From contig OX638337.1 in NCBI GenBank assembly GCA_951812855.1, positions 960,108-1,024,107 of the forward strand: a DNA stretch of 64,000 nucleotides. Reading direction: 5' to 3'. Origin of the DNA: an uncultured Lentisphaeria bacterium. GTDB taxonomy: Bacteria; Verrucomicrobiota; Lentisphaeria; JABSQK01; JAJFLO01. Position numbers and translations under genes: made by a program. Position 1 is the stretch's first letter. Each line of letters starts with the position of its first letter. Below are positions 11,259 to 21,674 of the stretch, in pieces. The notes beneath the pieces are model-generated. The model saw nothing but the letters and a program-made list of their open reading frames with translations. It searched no databases and had not been told where the DNA came from.

Positions 11259-13385
11259 ATGATGAGTTTACCACTAACGATCGAAACCCTGAAACATCAC
11301 AATGTTATATCTCCGGGGAACATTGATATTGAAACGCTTTATACCAATGCACTGGACCATTTAAATCTAACCGGTGCAGACTATCTGACGATTCGGGATT
11401 TGCTGCAATTCATCAATCAACCGGAAATAGACGTTCATGCACTTTTGCTCTGCATGTTTGCATCGCTTAATGATGGAAGTGTCTGTATTCATATTAACCC
11501 GTCAAATCTTAACAGACACTTATGTCGGTTTCTAAAGAATGAAACAGTCATTGACCGACTGGTTCAGGATATAATTTCCTGCCTGAAGAATAAAAAAACA
11601 GCCCCTGTCATTGGTCAGTCAGTTAAGGAATTTAAACCCTTAATTCAGGCAAATGACAGCCTGTTATACTTTCAAAAATACTACTCTGCAGAATATAGAT
11701 TAGGCCAGTTACTCTCATCAATTATAGATAGCGACAGCACAATTACCCCGATTACAGATGGTAATCTAAATGAGATACTGATTGATAGTTTTGAGACTCA
11801 ACCAATTGGATCAGGCCACGGGCAAATTCGTTATAATGATGACCAGATTTTGGCTCTGATTGCTGTACTTTTAAAACGATTTGTCATCATTTCCGGAGGT
11901 CCGGGAACAGGGAAAACGTCTCTGATTATCGCCATTGTCCGGATGTTTATCCGAACCGGTATATTCGCTGACCGTATCAAGCTTGCTGCACCAACCGGGC
12001 GTGCCGCCCAACGATTGACAGAATCTATTCATGCTTTAAATTTCAGTCAGGGCAGCAAAAATGAGATTGATGACAGTTTGAAAAGTATGGACGCTACGAC
12101 AATCCATCATCTTCTTGGTTATAAAAAATCACGTAATTCATTCACCTGCAATGACCATAACCTCCTGCCTGCAGATGTGGTTATTGTCGATGAAGTGTCC
12201 ATGGTTGACATCGTCTTAATGACAAAACTTTTACAGGCAATCCCAAAGGAGTGTCACATTATTTTTCTTGGTGATCGCAATCAATTACCCTCAGTTGAAG
12301 TCGGCAGTGTTCTGGCAAATCTTATCCCCGTATCGTTACCGGGATATTCTATTGAATTCCGGGAAACCGTAAAATCAATCAGACCCGAAATTAATCTGCC
12401 GGCACTATCGGCACAAGACAATAATCAATTGTGTGACAAGGTCGTATTTTTGTCGAAAAATTACCGTTCTGAACCAAATATAATACAGATTACCGATACA
12501 ATAAACTCACTTTCAAATGAAAACCCGGGCATAGACACAGCATCCAGGGCGGCCGAAATAATCCATGACCTTCCACAATTGAATATAAAGCAAATGACCC
12601 ATTCCTCACAATTCCCTAAAACTGGATGTTGGCAGTTTATACCCGGCACAACTTCCGATAAATTGATATGGATAGAAATCATACAAACCTGGGGAAAATC
12701 TCAATACCTGATGCGCAGAGACAACCATGGAAACACCTATAAAGACTGTATTCAAAAAGTTCAGGGAAGAGAGATTCAGTCTGAGGTTCACAGTGATGAT
12801 AAAAACGAAACATTTGATGCGATATTTAAATTTATCAGTCAGGCACGAATACTGACACTCATCCATGCCGGATTATTGGGTACCCAGGGTATTAATGAAA
12901 TTTTAATCAATCAGCTTCACCCCGAATTCGATACCCCGGGAAGCAATGCAATATTTCACGGATCACCTATCCTGATTACCCGCAACGATAAAATAAGTGG
13001 TCTGTTTAATGGCGATATAGGCGTTATACTAACTGATGCAGAGCGTGGATTTAACGGCGTGTTCCAACGGTCAGGAAACTACATTTCAATTCCTGTCAAT
13101 GAACTCCCGCCATACGAATCATCTTTCGCCATGACTGTTCATAAAAGTCAAGGATCTGAATATGATGACGTTCTTCTTGTACTCCCCGATAATCCCAATC
13201 ACCGATTATTGACGCGTGAAATCATTTACACCGGCCTCACCCGTGCAAAAAATCTGGCTGTTATATATGGTTCAAAAGAAACACTGCAAACCGCTATAAC
13301 AATACAGATACATCGGGAATCAGGATTGGATATTTGGAATTTTCATGAAATACAGGGGGAATCTTTACACAGACAAAATGTATAG
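11259..13385 (+). CDS. recD: RecD-family SF1 5'-3' helicase (exodeoxyribonuclease V alpha-like)
   Basis: 708-aa ORF; Walker A ISGGPGTGKTS, Walker B …VIVDEVSMVD…, C-terminal …TVHKSQGSEYDDVLLVLP…; 40 bp downstream of recB. Confidence 0.8.
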   Translation: MMSLPLTIETLKHHNVISPGNIDIETLYTNALDHLNLTGADYLTIRDLLQFINQPEIDVHALLLCMFASLNDGSVCIHINPSNLNRHLCRFLKNETVIDRLVQDIISCLKNKKTAPVIGQSVKEFKPLIQANDSLLYFQKYYSAEYRLGQLLSSIIDSDSTITPITDGNLNEILIDSFETQPIGSGHGQIRYNDDQILALIAVLLKRFVIISGGPGTGKTSLIIAIVRMFIRTGIFADRIKLAAPTGRAAQRLTESIHALNFSQGSKNEIDDSLKSMDATTIHHLLGYKKSRNSFTCNDHNLLPADVVIVDEVSMVDIVLMTKLLQAIPKECHIIFLGDRNQLPSVEVGSVLANLIPVSLPGYSIEFRETVKSIRPEINLPALSAQDNNQLCDKVVFLSKNYRSEPNIIQITDTINSLSNENPGIDTASRAAEIIHDLPQLNIKQMTHSSQFPKTGCWQFIPGTTSDKLIWIEIIQTWGKSQYLMRRDNHGNTYKDCIQKVQGREIQSEVHSDDKNETFDAIFKFISQARILTLIHAGLLGTQGINEILINQLHPEFDTPGSNAIFHGSPILITRNDKISGLFNGDIGVILTDAERGFNGVFQRSGNYISIPVNELPPYESSFAMTVHKSQGSEYDDVLLVLPDNPNHRLLTREIIYTGLTRAKNLAVIYGSKETLQTAITIQIHRESGLDIWNFHEIQGESLHRQNV

Positions 13386-13470
13386 GTACATCAGCACTGA
13401 TTTAAAATTTACGGCCATGGTAACTAATAATAATCAATCTTATATTGCGTTATAAATAAATAAAAATATT

Positions 13471-14046
13471 TTGAAAGAGATACCAATTCTTATGGAATCA
13501 GACGTATATAAAACACCGGGAACAGACTTACAGAATAACAATCAGCTCAATCCTGATTACTATGTGGTCTCACCGAAAAAGTTTGTTGTCCTCTTCACCG
13601 TTACTGTTGGCGTGTATTCGGTCTATTGGTTTTATAGAAACTGGCTGCACTACAAAAAGCGCAGCGGCGAAAAAATATGGCCGGTGATGCGTGCGATTTT
13701 TTCGATATTTTATGTCCATTCATTGTTTGAAATCATTGATACCAGACTTAAAAAAATGAATAGTTATTTTATATGGTCACACCGTTCCGCGGCAACGTCT
13801 TACGTTCTGTTCACGATTATTCAGAGCGTTTGCGATCATTTATCTTCAAAAAACATTGGATATCCCATTACAGATATAGTGAGTATCGCCATACTCCCTG
13901 TAATTGGTTATTCGCTCTATATTGGACAAAAAGCAATCAATGAAGCTTGCAAGGACCCGAATGGAGAATCAAATTCCAGGTACACCGCAGCCAATATTTT
14001 CTGGATCGTCATGGGCTGCATATTATGGCTGTTTGTAATTAATTGA
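13471..14046 (+). CDS. Hypothetical multi-pass membrane protein (DUF4234-like signature VGVYSVYWFYRNW)
   Basis: 191-aa ORF with 3-4 hydrophobic segments; no catalytic motif recognised; assignment to DUF4234 is from memory of the motif only. Confidence 0.45.
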   Translation: MKEIPILMESDVYKTPGTDLQNNNQLNPDYYVVSPKKFVVLFTVTVGVYSVYWFYRNWLHYKKRSGEKIWPVMRAIFSIFYVHSLFEIIDTRLKKMNSYFIWSHRSAATSYVLFTIIQSVCDHLSSKNIGYPITDIVSIAILPVIGYSLYIGQKAINEACKDPNGESNSRYTAANIFWIVMGCILWLFVIN

Positions 14047-14212
14047 TATTATTTTGGGCATTCCCGACCCGGAATAAATCCTGGAATTAAATAACGCAGA
14101 AATTTGGCAATGTATCATTCCCGATATCGTGAATAACTGTGATTTACTTTAGTTTTAGAATCAGCATATCCTTTCTACTGACACATCGAATAGAAACAGC
14201 CAATATGCAATT

Positions 14213-14701
14213 ATGAGTACAACACATAATTTTCATTTTTCAGATTCACGTGATATTGGCACTGTTGACAATGATTCAATCGACCTGGCTGTTACCTCAC
14301 CACCCGACCCTGTGATGGAAATGTGGGATGACCTTTTTGTTACTCTTAATCCAGATATTAGCGATGTACTTTCAGATTTAAACGGCCGGTTAGCCTTTAG
14401 TAAAATGCATCATGAATTAGATAAAGTCTGGAGAGAATTGGATCGGGTCGTGAAACCAGGCGGATTTGTATGCATAAATATCGGTGACGCAACCTGAACA
14501 ATCGGTAATAATTTCAGCCTGTATTCCAACCATTCCAGCATCCTTATGTCAATGACATCACTCTCATTTTCGTTACTGCCGTTAATATTATGGAGAAAAT
14601 CGACAAATTCACCAACGAAATTTATGGGCTCGGGGCTGCTCCCGCCAGGGGCCTGTATAACACTTGAACATGGATACATATTAATCTTCAGAAAAAATTA
14701 A
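14213..14701 (+). pseudogene. DNA (N4/N6-adenine/cytosine) methyltransferase remnant with in-frame TGA and missing C-terminal SAM-binding region
   Basis: Frame continues through TGA at 14495-14497: …SIDLAVTSPPDP…VVKPGGFVCINIGDAT(TGA)TIGNNFSLYSNHSS…FMGSGLLPPGACITLEHGYILIFRKN(TAA); resembles N-terminal half of PF01555-type MTases (DPPY-like motif degraded to SPPD); no downstream FxGSG motif found. Confidence 0.5.
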
Positions 14702-15364
14702 AATATAATAGCCGGCACCATTGTTTTCCTGTTATGACACGACAGGGGCAGGAGATACTCATTAAGTACATTGAAACGATTCAGATCAGTGATAACGGCA
14801 GAATTAATGTGGACTACACACCATTTGAATTAAATAATAAGTATGCGGAAACAGAAGAATCAGTTAAACACAAATCACAAATTTTAGAGAACCGGCAATT
14901 ATCATTATTCCAGATCTATTCTCGGAGAATCTCAATAATTATTAATAAGCAGGTGTCGTCATATGTTCTGGGTCGTCGTTGCAGTATTTGGATGTATCTT
15001 TTTTATCGTAATTAATGCGTTCGTGTTTAATCCGCCGGAATCATTGCTCAAGTCTATACTTGAATGGAAAGAAAAATCAGTAGATGATGATCCTGGAACT
15101 GAAGACAGTAAAGAATAAAGTAAACAATACGTGATCTAAGAATCAAAACTTAAAACGGTAACACAGATTGATATGCCTCATGAACTCATTTTCAATCAAT
15201 CACATAAAAACCGAAATCAATGGTCGATATTTTATGAAACGATCTCTTCGGTGGACTTAAAAATTGATAATCGTAACAGGACAGTGTAAAATTAAATCTG
15301 ATAACTATTGAAAATCCGCTTTTTCAGAACAGGCTCCCGTTAAATCCTAATAATATAAAAAATT

Positions 15365-15868
15365 ATGTTTTTTAACTTATTATTACTATTTATTGTTGTA
15401 CCCATCATTGAATTATTGATTTTATTCAGAATTGGAGGACTGCTGGGTGCAATCAATACATTTACGGTGATAATTATTACCGGTGTTATTGGTGCATATC
15501 TGGCTAAACGACAGGGATTAATAATTCTTAAAAAAATTCAGACATCCATTGGAGAGGGCAAAATTCCTGCTGCCGAAGTTGTTGATGGTCTAATCATTCT
15601 CGTTGCCGGTGCAGTATTGTTAACGCCTGGATTTTTAACTGATATCACCGGCTTTTTACTCTTACTTCCTTTTGGGCGAAATCTGGTAACACTCTGGTTA
15701 ATAAAAAAGTTTACAACTATGATAAAATCGGGTAAAATTTCAGGGTCTGATTCCGGACACTTCGCGTTTAACATGACATCACATTCAGAGAAGGAAACGA
15801 TTCAGACTCACAAGAGCGATGTCATTGATGTAGAAAGCAGGCAGATTAATGACAACCTGATTGAATAA
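15365..15868 (+). CDS. fxsA: FxsA family cytoplasmic membrane protein
   Basis: 167-aa ORF; N-terminus …VPIIELLILFRIGGLLGAINTFTVIIITGVIGAYLAKRQG… matches FxsA family signature. Confidence 0.7.
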   Translation: MFFNLLLLFIVVPIIELLILFRIGGLLGAINTFTVIIITGVIGAYLAKRQGLIILKKIQTSIGEGKIPAAEVVDGLIILVAGAVLLTPGFLTDITGFLLLLPFGRNLVTLWLIKKFTTMIKSGKISGSDSGHFAFNMTSHSEKETIQTHKSDVIDVESRQINDNLIE

Positions 15869-15968
15869 TCCAAATCAGGTTTCAGGGATTCATTAACAAA
15901 GCTGCCGGATATGGTTTTCTTGCCCGGTTAGAATAATTCCAATAACGTCTTATACATGATCGTTGTGA

Positions 15969-16868
15969 TTGGTATTAAAGCACCTATTAATTTTAGTTTA
16001 TATGGCAAAGATACTTATAGCAGGATGTGGTAAAATCGGGATTAAATTGGGTTTAAAATTAGCCGAAGAAAACCATGACGTTTTTGGAGCAAGACGAAAT
16101 ATATCCGAAATTCCTGCTCCAATAATTCCTTTAACCGTTGATTTTTCAATACCGGATACACTGCCGGCCATTCCCGGGGCAATTGAATTTGTATATATTA
16201 TTTTAACCCCGGAAAAGTTTGATGATGACAGCTATAAACGAAGCTATGTTGAAGCGACGCAGAATATTTTGAAATATTTCGAAAAAAAGAAAGAGAAACC
16301 ACTTCACATCTTTTTTATATCAAGTACCAGTGTTTATGGACAGAAAAACGGCGAATGGGTTGATGAAAATTCAGAGACTGTTCCATTAGGTTTTTCAGGA
16401 ACGAGGATGCTCGAGGCAGAACAACTCATCACTCAGTCATCGATTGCGGGTGCCTCCTGTATTCGGTTTGGTGGTATTTATAGTAGTAAAAGAACAAGAC
16501 AAATCGATCGAATACAAAAAGGCATTTCAAAAAATTATCATGATTTAATAAATTATAAAAATTTAATTAATGAGGAAGATGCAGTAGGAATATTGCACCA
16601 TTTATTGGCAGAACCGAATAAGGAGACTCATTATCTGGCAGTTGATAATGAACCCGTTCAGGAATGCGATTTGTTAGAGTGGCTTCTGACAGAATTAAAG
16701 CTGTCTACAGCTCACGAATGCTCTGACCAATCTTTGTCCAGAAAGAGGAATTTAACTAATAAACGCTGTAATAATCAGAGAATTAGAAGATCAGGTTATA
16801 AATTTTCTTTCCCGACATACAAAGAAGGTTACAGGTCCATTATTGAAAAATTAGCTGCTTCAGCCTAG
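15969..16868 (+). CDS. NAD(P)-binding Rossmann-fold protein (SDR/epimerase-dehydratase family)
   Basis: 299-aa ORF; glycine-rich dinucleotide-binding motif MAKILIAGCGKIG near N-terminus (likely true start around 16002); …ISSTSVYG… typical of NAD-dependent epimerase family. Confidence 0.65.
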   Translation: MVLKHLLILVYMAKILIAGCGKIGIKLGLKLAEENHDVFGARRNISEIPAPIIPLTVDFSIPDTLPAIPGAIEFVYIILTPEKFDDDSYKRSYVEATQNILKYFEKKKEKPLHIFFISSTSVYGQKNGEWVDENSETVPLGFSGTRMLEAEQLITQSSIAGASCIRFGGIYSSKRTRQIDRIQKGISKNYHDLINYKNLINEEDAVGILHHLLAEPNKETHYLAVDNEPVQECDLLEWLLTELKLSTAHECSDQSLSRKRNLTNKRCNNQRIRRSGYKFSFPTYKEGYRSIIEKLAASA

Positions 16869-16986
16869 TTGACCGAAATGGTATTCTATTTGAAATGTTT
16901 GGTTTAATACAGCTGAGAGAGAATTAGATCTAATATTAAAAAAATAAAACGTATTAATTTTTGACTCTCAAACCAGAGAGTTGTTT

Positions 16987-17006
16987 AAAATAGCACAAAA
17001 CACTGT
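16987..17006. repeat. Copy 1 of 20-bp direct repeat AAAATAGCACAAAACACTGT in wza upstream spacer
   Basis: Seen directly; second copy at 17501-17520 differs at 2 adjacent positions (CA vs TG). Confidence 0.5.
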
Positions 17007-17105
17007 TTATATTTGGACTACTTTTGCTTTTGTTGATTTCTTAAAAAAATTCGCTTCCTGTTGATTTTATAATACGTTACAATTATTCAGGAATGTATTG
17101 GAATT

Positions 17106-17135
17106 TTAATTGCTGTAGTTTTAATTGCTGTAGTT
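17106..17135. repeat. Perfect tandem duplication of 15-mer TTAATTGCTGTAGTT
   Basis: Seen directly in sequence (two adjacent identical copies). Confidence 0.7.
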
Positions 17136-17500
17136 AGAAAAAAGCGTGCATGTCGATTGCAGCGTCTGACAGTGAGGGATATCTGGTGGTACGCATAGTC
17201 AGAACACAGGTCGGAGAGGTTTCTGAGTAACTTCCATCACCGCTGAAGGCATGGTCTGAAGAACAATAGACTGTCCTGGCGTCTCTGGGCAATGCTTCTA
17301 TTAATGAATGGCTCAATACTGTCAACATTAATTTTATGTGTATGAATGTACTTGCTCCCATTTACAAGACTAAAATTAAATCATTGGTTAGGTCATGGTA
17401 TACAAACAATAATCAGCAATTATTAAAATATAGAAAACGGGTAATAAATTCTATAACCCAAGACTGCTGACGGTGGTTAAAAATGCAGGATATTATTTTA

Positions 17501-17520
17501 AAAATAGTGCAAAACACTGT
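17501..17520. repeat. Copy 2 of 20-bp direct repeat AAAATAGTGCAAAACACTGT, ~90 bp upstream of wza start
   Basis: Seen directly; 514 bp downstream of copy 1, same orientation. Confidence 0.5.
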
Positions 17521-17607
17521 AAATTTAAATTAATCATTTGCTTTCCCTTAAATTTGATATACAGTTGTTCCTTTATTTTAATCTCCAACATGTCATCATA
17601 AATTTGT

Positions 17608-18516
17608 TTGAACAATGCAGTTCAAACGTCAACTGACCCAATATCAAAATGGGATTTTCGATTAAATATGTTACCTGTTAAATCTAAAAATTTACTTTTT
17701 ACTTTATTCACTCTATTCTCTCTATTCACTCTTCATCATTCACTTTTTGCTGAAGAGGATGATTATCAAATCGGCGGAAAAGATGTTCTCGAAGTTATAG
17801 TGTATGACGAACCGGATTTATCAAAAGAAGCGATTAGGGTATCTCTGGACGGTTATGTAAATTTCCCATTAATTGGAAAAGTTAATGTAAAAGGGTTGAC
17901 GTCCAGCCAAATTGAGGAAAAACTACAAAACCTGCTTGCTGACGGTTACATTCTTAGTCCACAAGTCTCTGTACTGGTAATGGAATACGGTAGCAGAAAG
18001 GTATTTGTTTTAGGTGCTGCAAAAAATACCGGAAGTTATGAACTTAGAGGAAAGACAACGTTATTAGAAATGATTTCAAAGGCAGGGGGCGTCGGTAAAA
18101 AAGCGGGAGATCACTTTCTTGTCCTTCGTGAAACTGAGCGTGGACCTGAGTCCATCCCGATTAACCGCAAAAAATTAATTGATGAAGGTGATTTATCACT
18201 AAATGTTATCTTAAAGAATAATGATACCGTTTATATACCCATTGCCGATGCAATTTACGTACTGGGCGAAGTTAAACGTCCTGGGACTTATGAACTTAGC
18301 GGCAATAATCGGACGGTGCTCTCTGCTATTACCCACGCTAGTGGCTTTACAAAAATAGCAGCTCCCGAAAAAACAAAAATAATTCGCGTCAACAATAAGG
18401 GTGTACAAGAAACGATCATTGTCGATCTTGAAGATGTTATGAAACGAGGTCAAAAATCCAAAGATATCAAACTCAAACCTGAAGATGTCATCATCGTTCC
18501 TCAAGGAATTTTTTAA
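17608..18516 (+). CDS. Polysaccharide export outer-membrane protein (Wza-like, short form)
   Basis: 302-aa ORF with hydrophobic N-terminus (likely start MLPVK at ~17668); polysaccharide-export/SLBB motifs (…YQIGGKDVLEVIVYDEPDLS…, …YVLGEVKRPGTYEL…). Confidence 0.8.
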   Translation: MNNAVQTSTDPISKWDFRLNMLPVKSKNLLFTLFTLFSLFTLHHSLFAEEDDYQIGGKDVLEVIVYDEPDLSKEAIRVSLDGYVNFPLIGKVNVKGLTSSQIEEKLQNLLADGYILSPQVSVLVMEYGSRKVFVLGAAKNTGSYELRGKTTLLEMISKAGGVGKKAGDHFLVLRETERGPESIPINRKKLIDEGDLSLNVILKNNDTVYIPIADAIYVLGEVKRPGTYELSGNNRTVLSAITHASGFTKIAAPEKTKIIRVNNKGVQETIIVDLEDVMKRGQKSKDIKLKPEDVIIVPQGIF

Positions 18517-18859
18517 TTTAAGCTATAAACTGTTTTAAAGTAAAATTTACGATTAAAACCCTGATAAGACTTATAACATTTATAAAATATCAGGTTTGAC
18601 TCAGTATCTCAATTATTCAATCATATATATATAGTGTATCAAATGTAGTAGGAATCATGTAAGCCAAAAGAGAATTTAATAAACTATTAAGCCATTTGTA
18701 CTGTTTACAAATGATTGCCTGATGCTCAAGTACACTTTTGTTAGTGCCAATCGATTTTAAAGTCCAAAGTCATACGTCCTACTTGCCGTATCGAAAACAT
18801 TTTTTTTTATGATTTTTCAATAAAATAAATTTAATATATAAAAAAATAAAATTCTTAAA

Positions 18860-21142
18860 ATGAGTGTAATACATCAAGAAAATTTAGAGACCTTTGAACA
18901 GAAAAAAGATATTGATCTTAAAGAATACCTCTCTGTTATCCGCAAACGCAGATGGGTTGTTTTTTTTATATCCCTGATTATAATAGTCAGTATTACGACA
19001 CACACTTTCAAAGTTCGCCCTGAATATCGGGCAGTAGTTCGCCTTCTTATAGACAAAGAGAATCCAAATATTGTTTCATTTGATGAAGTGTTGTCACTGG
19101 ACGGCAGAAGTGCTGAATATTATCAGACTCAGTTCAAGATTATTACAAGCCGAGGTGTTATTGAAAAAGTTATAACGCAATTAGATCTTGAAAAGGAATT
19201 TGATGAATTACAGGAAAGAGAGAAAGAAACTAAATCTCTCTCCAATATCCTGTCTGCACTTTCTGAGTCAGTAATTCAATTATTAACATCTATATTCAAA
19301 AAAGACCAAGACCAGTCAATTGTAGTTGACAAAACTGTTCCTTCTAGAATTGATAACCCTGCCCTTAGAAAGGAAGAATTACTCTTTCGCGAAATTATCG
19401 AACCATTAACAGTAACCCCCATAATGAACAGTCGCTTAGTTGATTTAGAATATACCGGGTACGATCCTCAAAGAATTACTGAAATTGTTAATGCAATTGC
19501 ACGGGTGTATATAGAGCAAAATTTAGAAAACAGGCTGTATGCCTCTGAAGACGCAGCTGTTTGGCTTGATGAACGATTAACTTCAATGCAGGGAAGAGTT
19601 GAAAATTCAGAACGAGCTCTACAAATTTATAGCAAAAATGCGGGAGTAACATCAATTGAAGATAAGCAGAAAACTCTGGATCAGGAATTATCAGAATTCA
19701 ATGCCGAGTTGATCAAGACTACGAAAAAAAGGGTCAAACTGGAGCAAAAATACAAAAACTCTCAGAATCCGGACCTGTCCAATTCTATTTTAGAAATTAT
19801 TAATAATGCCCTTATCCAAAATCTCAACAAGGACTTGTCTGTTTTAAGAGCCAAACAATCTGAACTGGAGGGAAAATACGGAACAAAGCATCCCAAAATG
19901 ATTCAGGTTGTTTTGAAAATAAATCAGATTAAAGAAATCATTGCCATTGAAGTAAAAAAAATACATGACAGCATTCAGAATAGATACCAGCTGGCTTTAA
20001 TCGAAGAACAATCATTAAAAGACAGATTACAAAAATTACGGGATGAATCTGAATTTCTTAATGAAAAATCAATTCGTTATGGAGTTCTCAAAAGAGAAGC
20101 GGTCAGCAACCGGCAAATGTATGAATTGTTACTAAAACGCTTAAAAGAAACGGATTTGTCCCAAGGATTACGTACAAATAATATCCGTATTATTGACAAA
20201 GCAAAACCCCCTTTAGAGCCGTTTAAACCAAATAAAAAACAAAATATACTGATCGGTATCATCTTTGGATTAATAAGTGGGCTCGGTTTGGCATTCTTGA
20301 TTGAATATTTAGACAATACCGTTAAGGAACCTGATGAAATAGCAATCAGATTCAACATTCCGTTTTTAGGATTGGTCGGCAATGACATAAACTCTGACAA
20401 GAAAACCTCAGTGGCAAATCCAGGTCTAACCTCAAAAATTAAACTAATTGCTTATAGAGATCCCGAATCAAATATTTCTGAAAGTCTGCGAACCATACGC
20501 ACTAATGTGATTTTTTCAGCTGATGGTGATAAGGATAAAGTATTTATGGTTACATCATCATTGCCTAAAGAAGGAAAAACAACAGTCGCGTCAAATCTTG
20601 CCGTTGTTATGGCATCACTTGGAGAAAGAGTACTGATTATTGATGCCGACCTTAGACGACCTTCCATTCATAAAGAATTAAATTGTATGAAATCACCCGG
20701 GCTATCATCCTATCTGATTCGTCAAAAAGAAATTGATGAAATTATAATAGATACTCAAATAAATAATTTATCAGTTGTTCCCAGCGGGCTTACACCTCCA
20801 AATCCTTCCGAATTGCTCAGTCATCCCCAAATGAAAGCACTATTAGACTATGCAAGGGAACATTACGATCGAGTTATTCTCGACACACCACCAGTTGCAT
20901 CTGTAACTGATCCTATTGTTATTAGTAGACAGGCTCACGCGGTTCTCTTTGTTATTCGTTTTGGTTTAGCACCCAGAGATGCAATATCTAAATCTATTCA
21001 ACAACTAAAACTGGTCAAAGCAAATATTATGGGTGCAGTGTTGAATGGTGTCGATTTCAGCAAGGATTCTTATTATTATCAGTATTATTATAAGCATTAC
21101 TACCATAAAGAAACTGATGGTGAAAAAGCAACCCCTTCCTGA
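18860..21142 (+). CDS. Wzc-like polysaccharide co-polymerase / BY-kinase (tyrosine autokinase)
   Basis: 760-aa ORF; N-terminal Wzz-type chain-length domain with TM segments, C-terminal P-loop ATPase (…VTSSLPKEGKTTVASNLA…, …LIIDADLRRP…), C-terminal tyrosine cluster DSYYYQYYYKHYYH. Confidence 0.85.
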   Translation: MSVIHQENLETFEQKKDIDLKEYLSVIRKRRWVVFFISLIIIVSITTHTFKVRPEYRAVVRLLIDKENPNIVSFDEVLSLDGRSAEYYQTQFKIITSRGVIEKVITQLDLEKEFDELQEREKETKSLSNILSALSESVIQLLTSIFKKDQDQSIVVDKTVPSRIDNPALRKEELLFREIIEPLTVTPIMNSRLVDLEYTGYDPQRITEIVNAIARVYIEQNLENRLYASEDAAVWLDERLTSMQGRVENSERALQIYSKNAGVTSIEDKQKTLDQELSEFNAELIKTTKKRVKLEQKYKNSQNPDLSNSILEIINNALIQNLNKDLSVLRAKQSELEGKYGTKHPKMIQVVLKINQIKEIIAIEVKKIHDSIQNRYQLALIEEQSLKDRLQKLRDESEFLNEKSIRYGVLKREAVSNRQMYELLLKRLKETDLSQGLRTNNIRIIDKAKPPLEPFKPNKKQNILIGIIFGLISGLGLAFLIEYLDNTVKEPDEIAIRFNIPFLGLVGNDINSDKKTSVANPGLTSKIKLIAYRDPESNISESLRTIRTNVIFSADGDKDKVFMVTSSLPKEGKTTVASNLAVVMASLGERVLIIDADLRRPSIHKELNCMKSPGLSSYLIRQKEIDEIIIDTQINNLSVVPSGLTPPNPSELLSHPQMKALLDYAREHYDRVILDTPPVASVTDPIVISRQAHAVLFVIRFGLAPRDAISKSIQQLKLVKANIMGAVLNGVDFSKDSYYYQYYYKHYYHKETDGEKATPS

Positions 21143-21500
21143 CTTTGACCTGCCGGGACTGCAGCTCAAGTGCTGTCCATTAAATAACTGATCTGTCATA
21201 AAATCCATCACCGAGACTTTGGCTTTGTAACTTTGTTACCCAATCCCTCAGTACAGTATAGTTGATAAATGTCCTTGTGATTGACCGCCCATGTCCGACA
21301 AATGCTTACTTGAAATATTACTCGAAGAAAATAAACCAAATCACACCTCTATTTCAGCCGCTATCCGCGATGGGATCCAGCCGAGATTAAAGCCGCACGC
21401 CCATCTCTCGATACATTCACCCCGCCCTCCTGGCAAACTGAAAAGGCAATCCTTCTGAACATTTATTCTCAACTGACGGGTGTTGTGCCGATGACAGGCA

Positions 21501-21674
21501 AGTTATAAAAACGATCTGGATTATCAACCAATATGCAGCGCTGCCCAAAGAAGGCATCCTTGGCGGTCGCACGCATCACTTGGCACACGAGTTCACTAAA
21601 ACAGGGCACCAAGTCTATGTCGTCGGTGCAAGGTGGCATCATCATCTGACAGACCGCAGCCATGCCGAGACTTA
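21501..21674 (+). pseudogene. 5' fragment of a GT4-type glycosyltransferase gene (no start codon, stop after ~57 codons) within GC-rich island
   Basis: Frame translates …VIKTIWIINQYAALPKEGILGGRTHHLAHEFTKTGHQVYVVGARWHHHLTDRSHAET(TAA); resembles conserved N-termini of GT4 glycosyltransferases (MKIxxINQYxxxPxxG…GHxVxVV…SHL); ATA where ATG expected. Confidence 0.4.

Noticed and set aside
17134-17361. 75-codon minus-strand ORF in the wza upstream spacer
   Set aside because: No homology recognised and no ribosome-binding context. Region is better described by the repeats around it.
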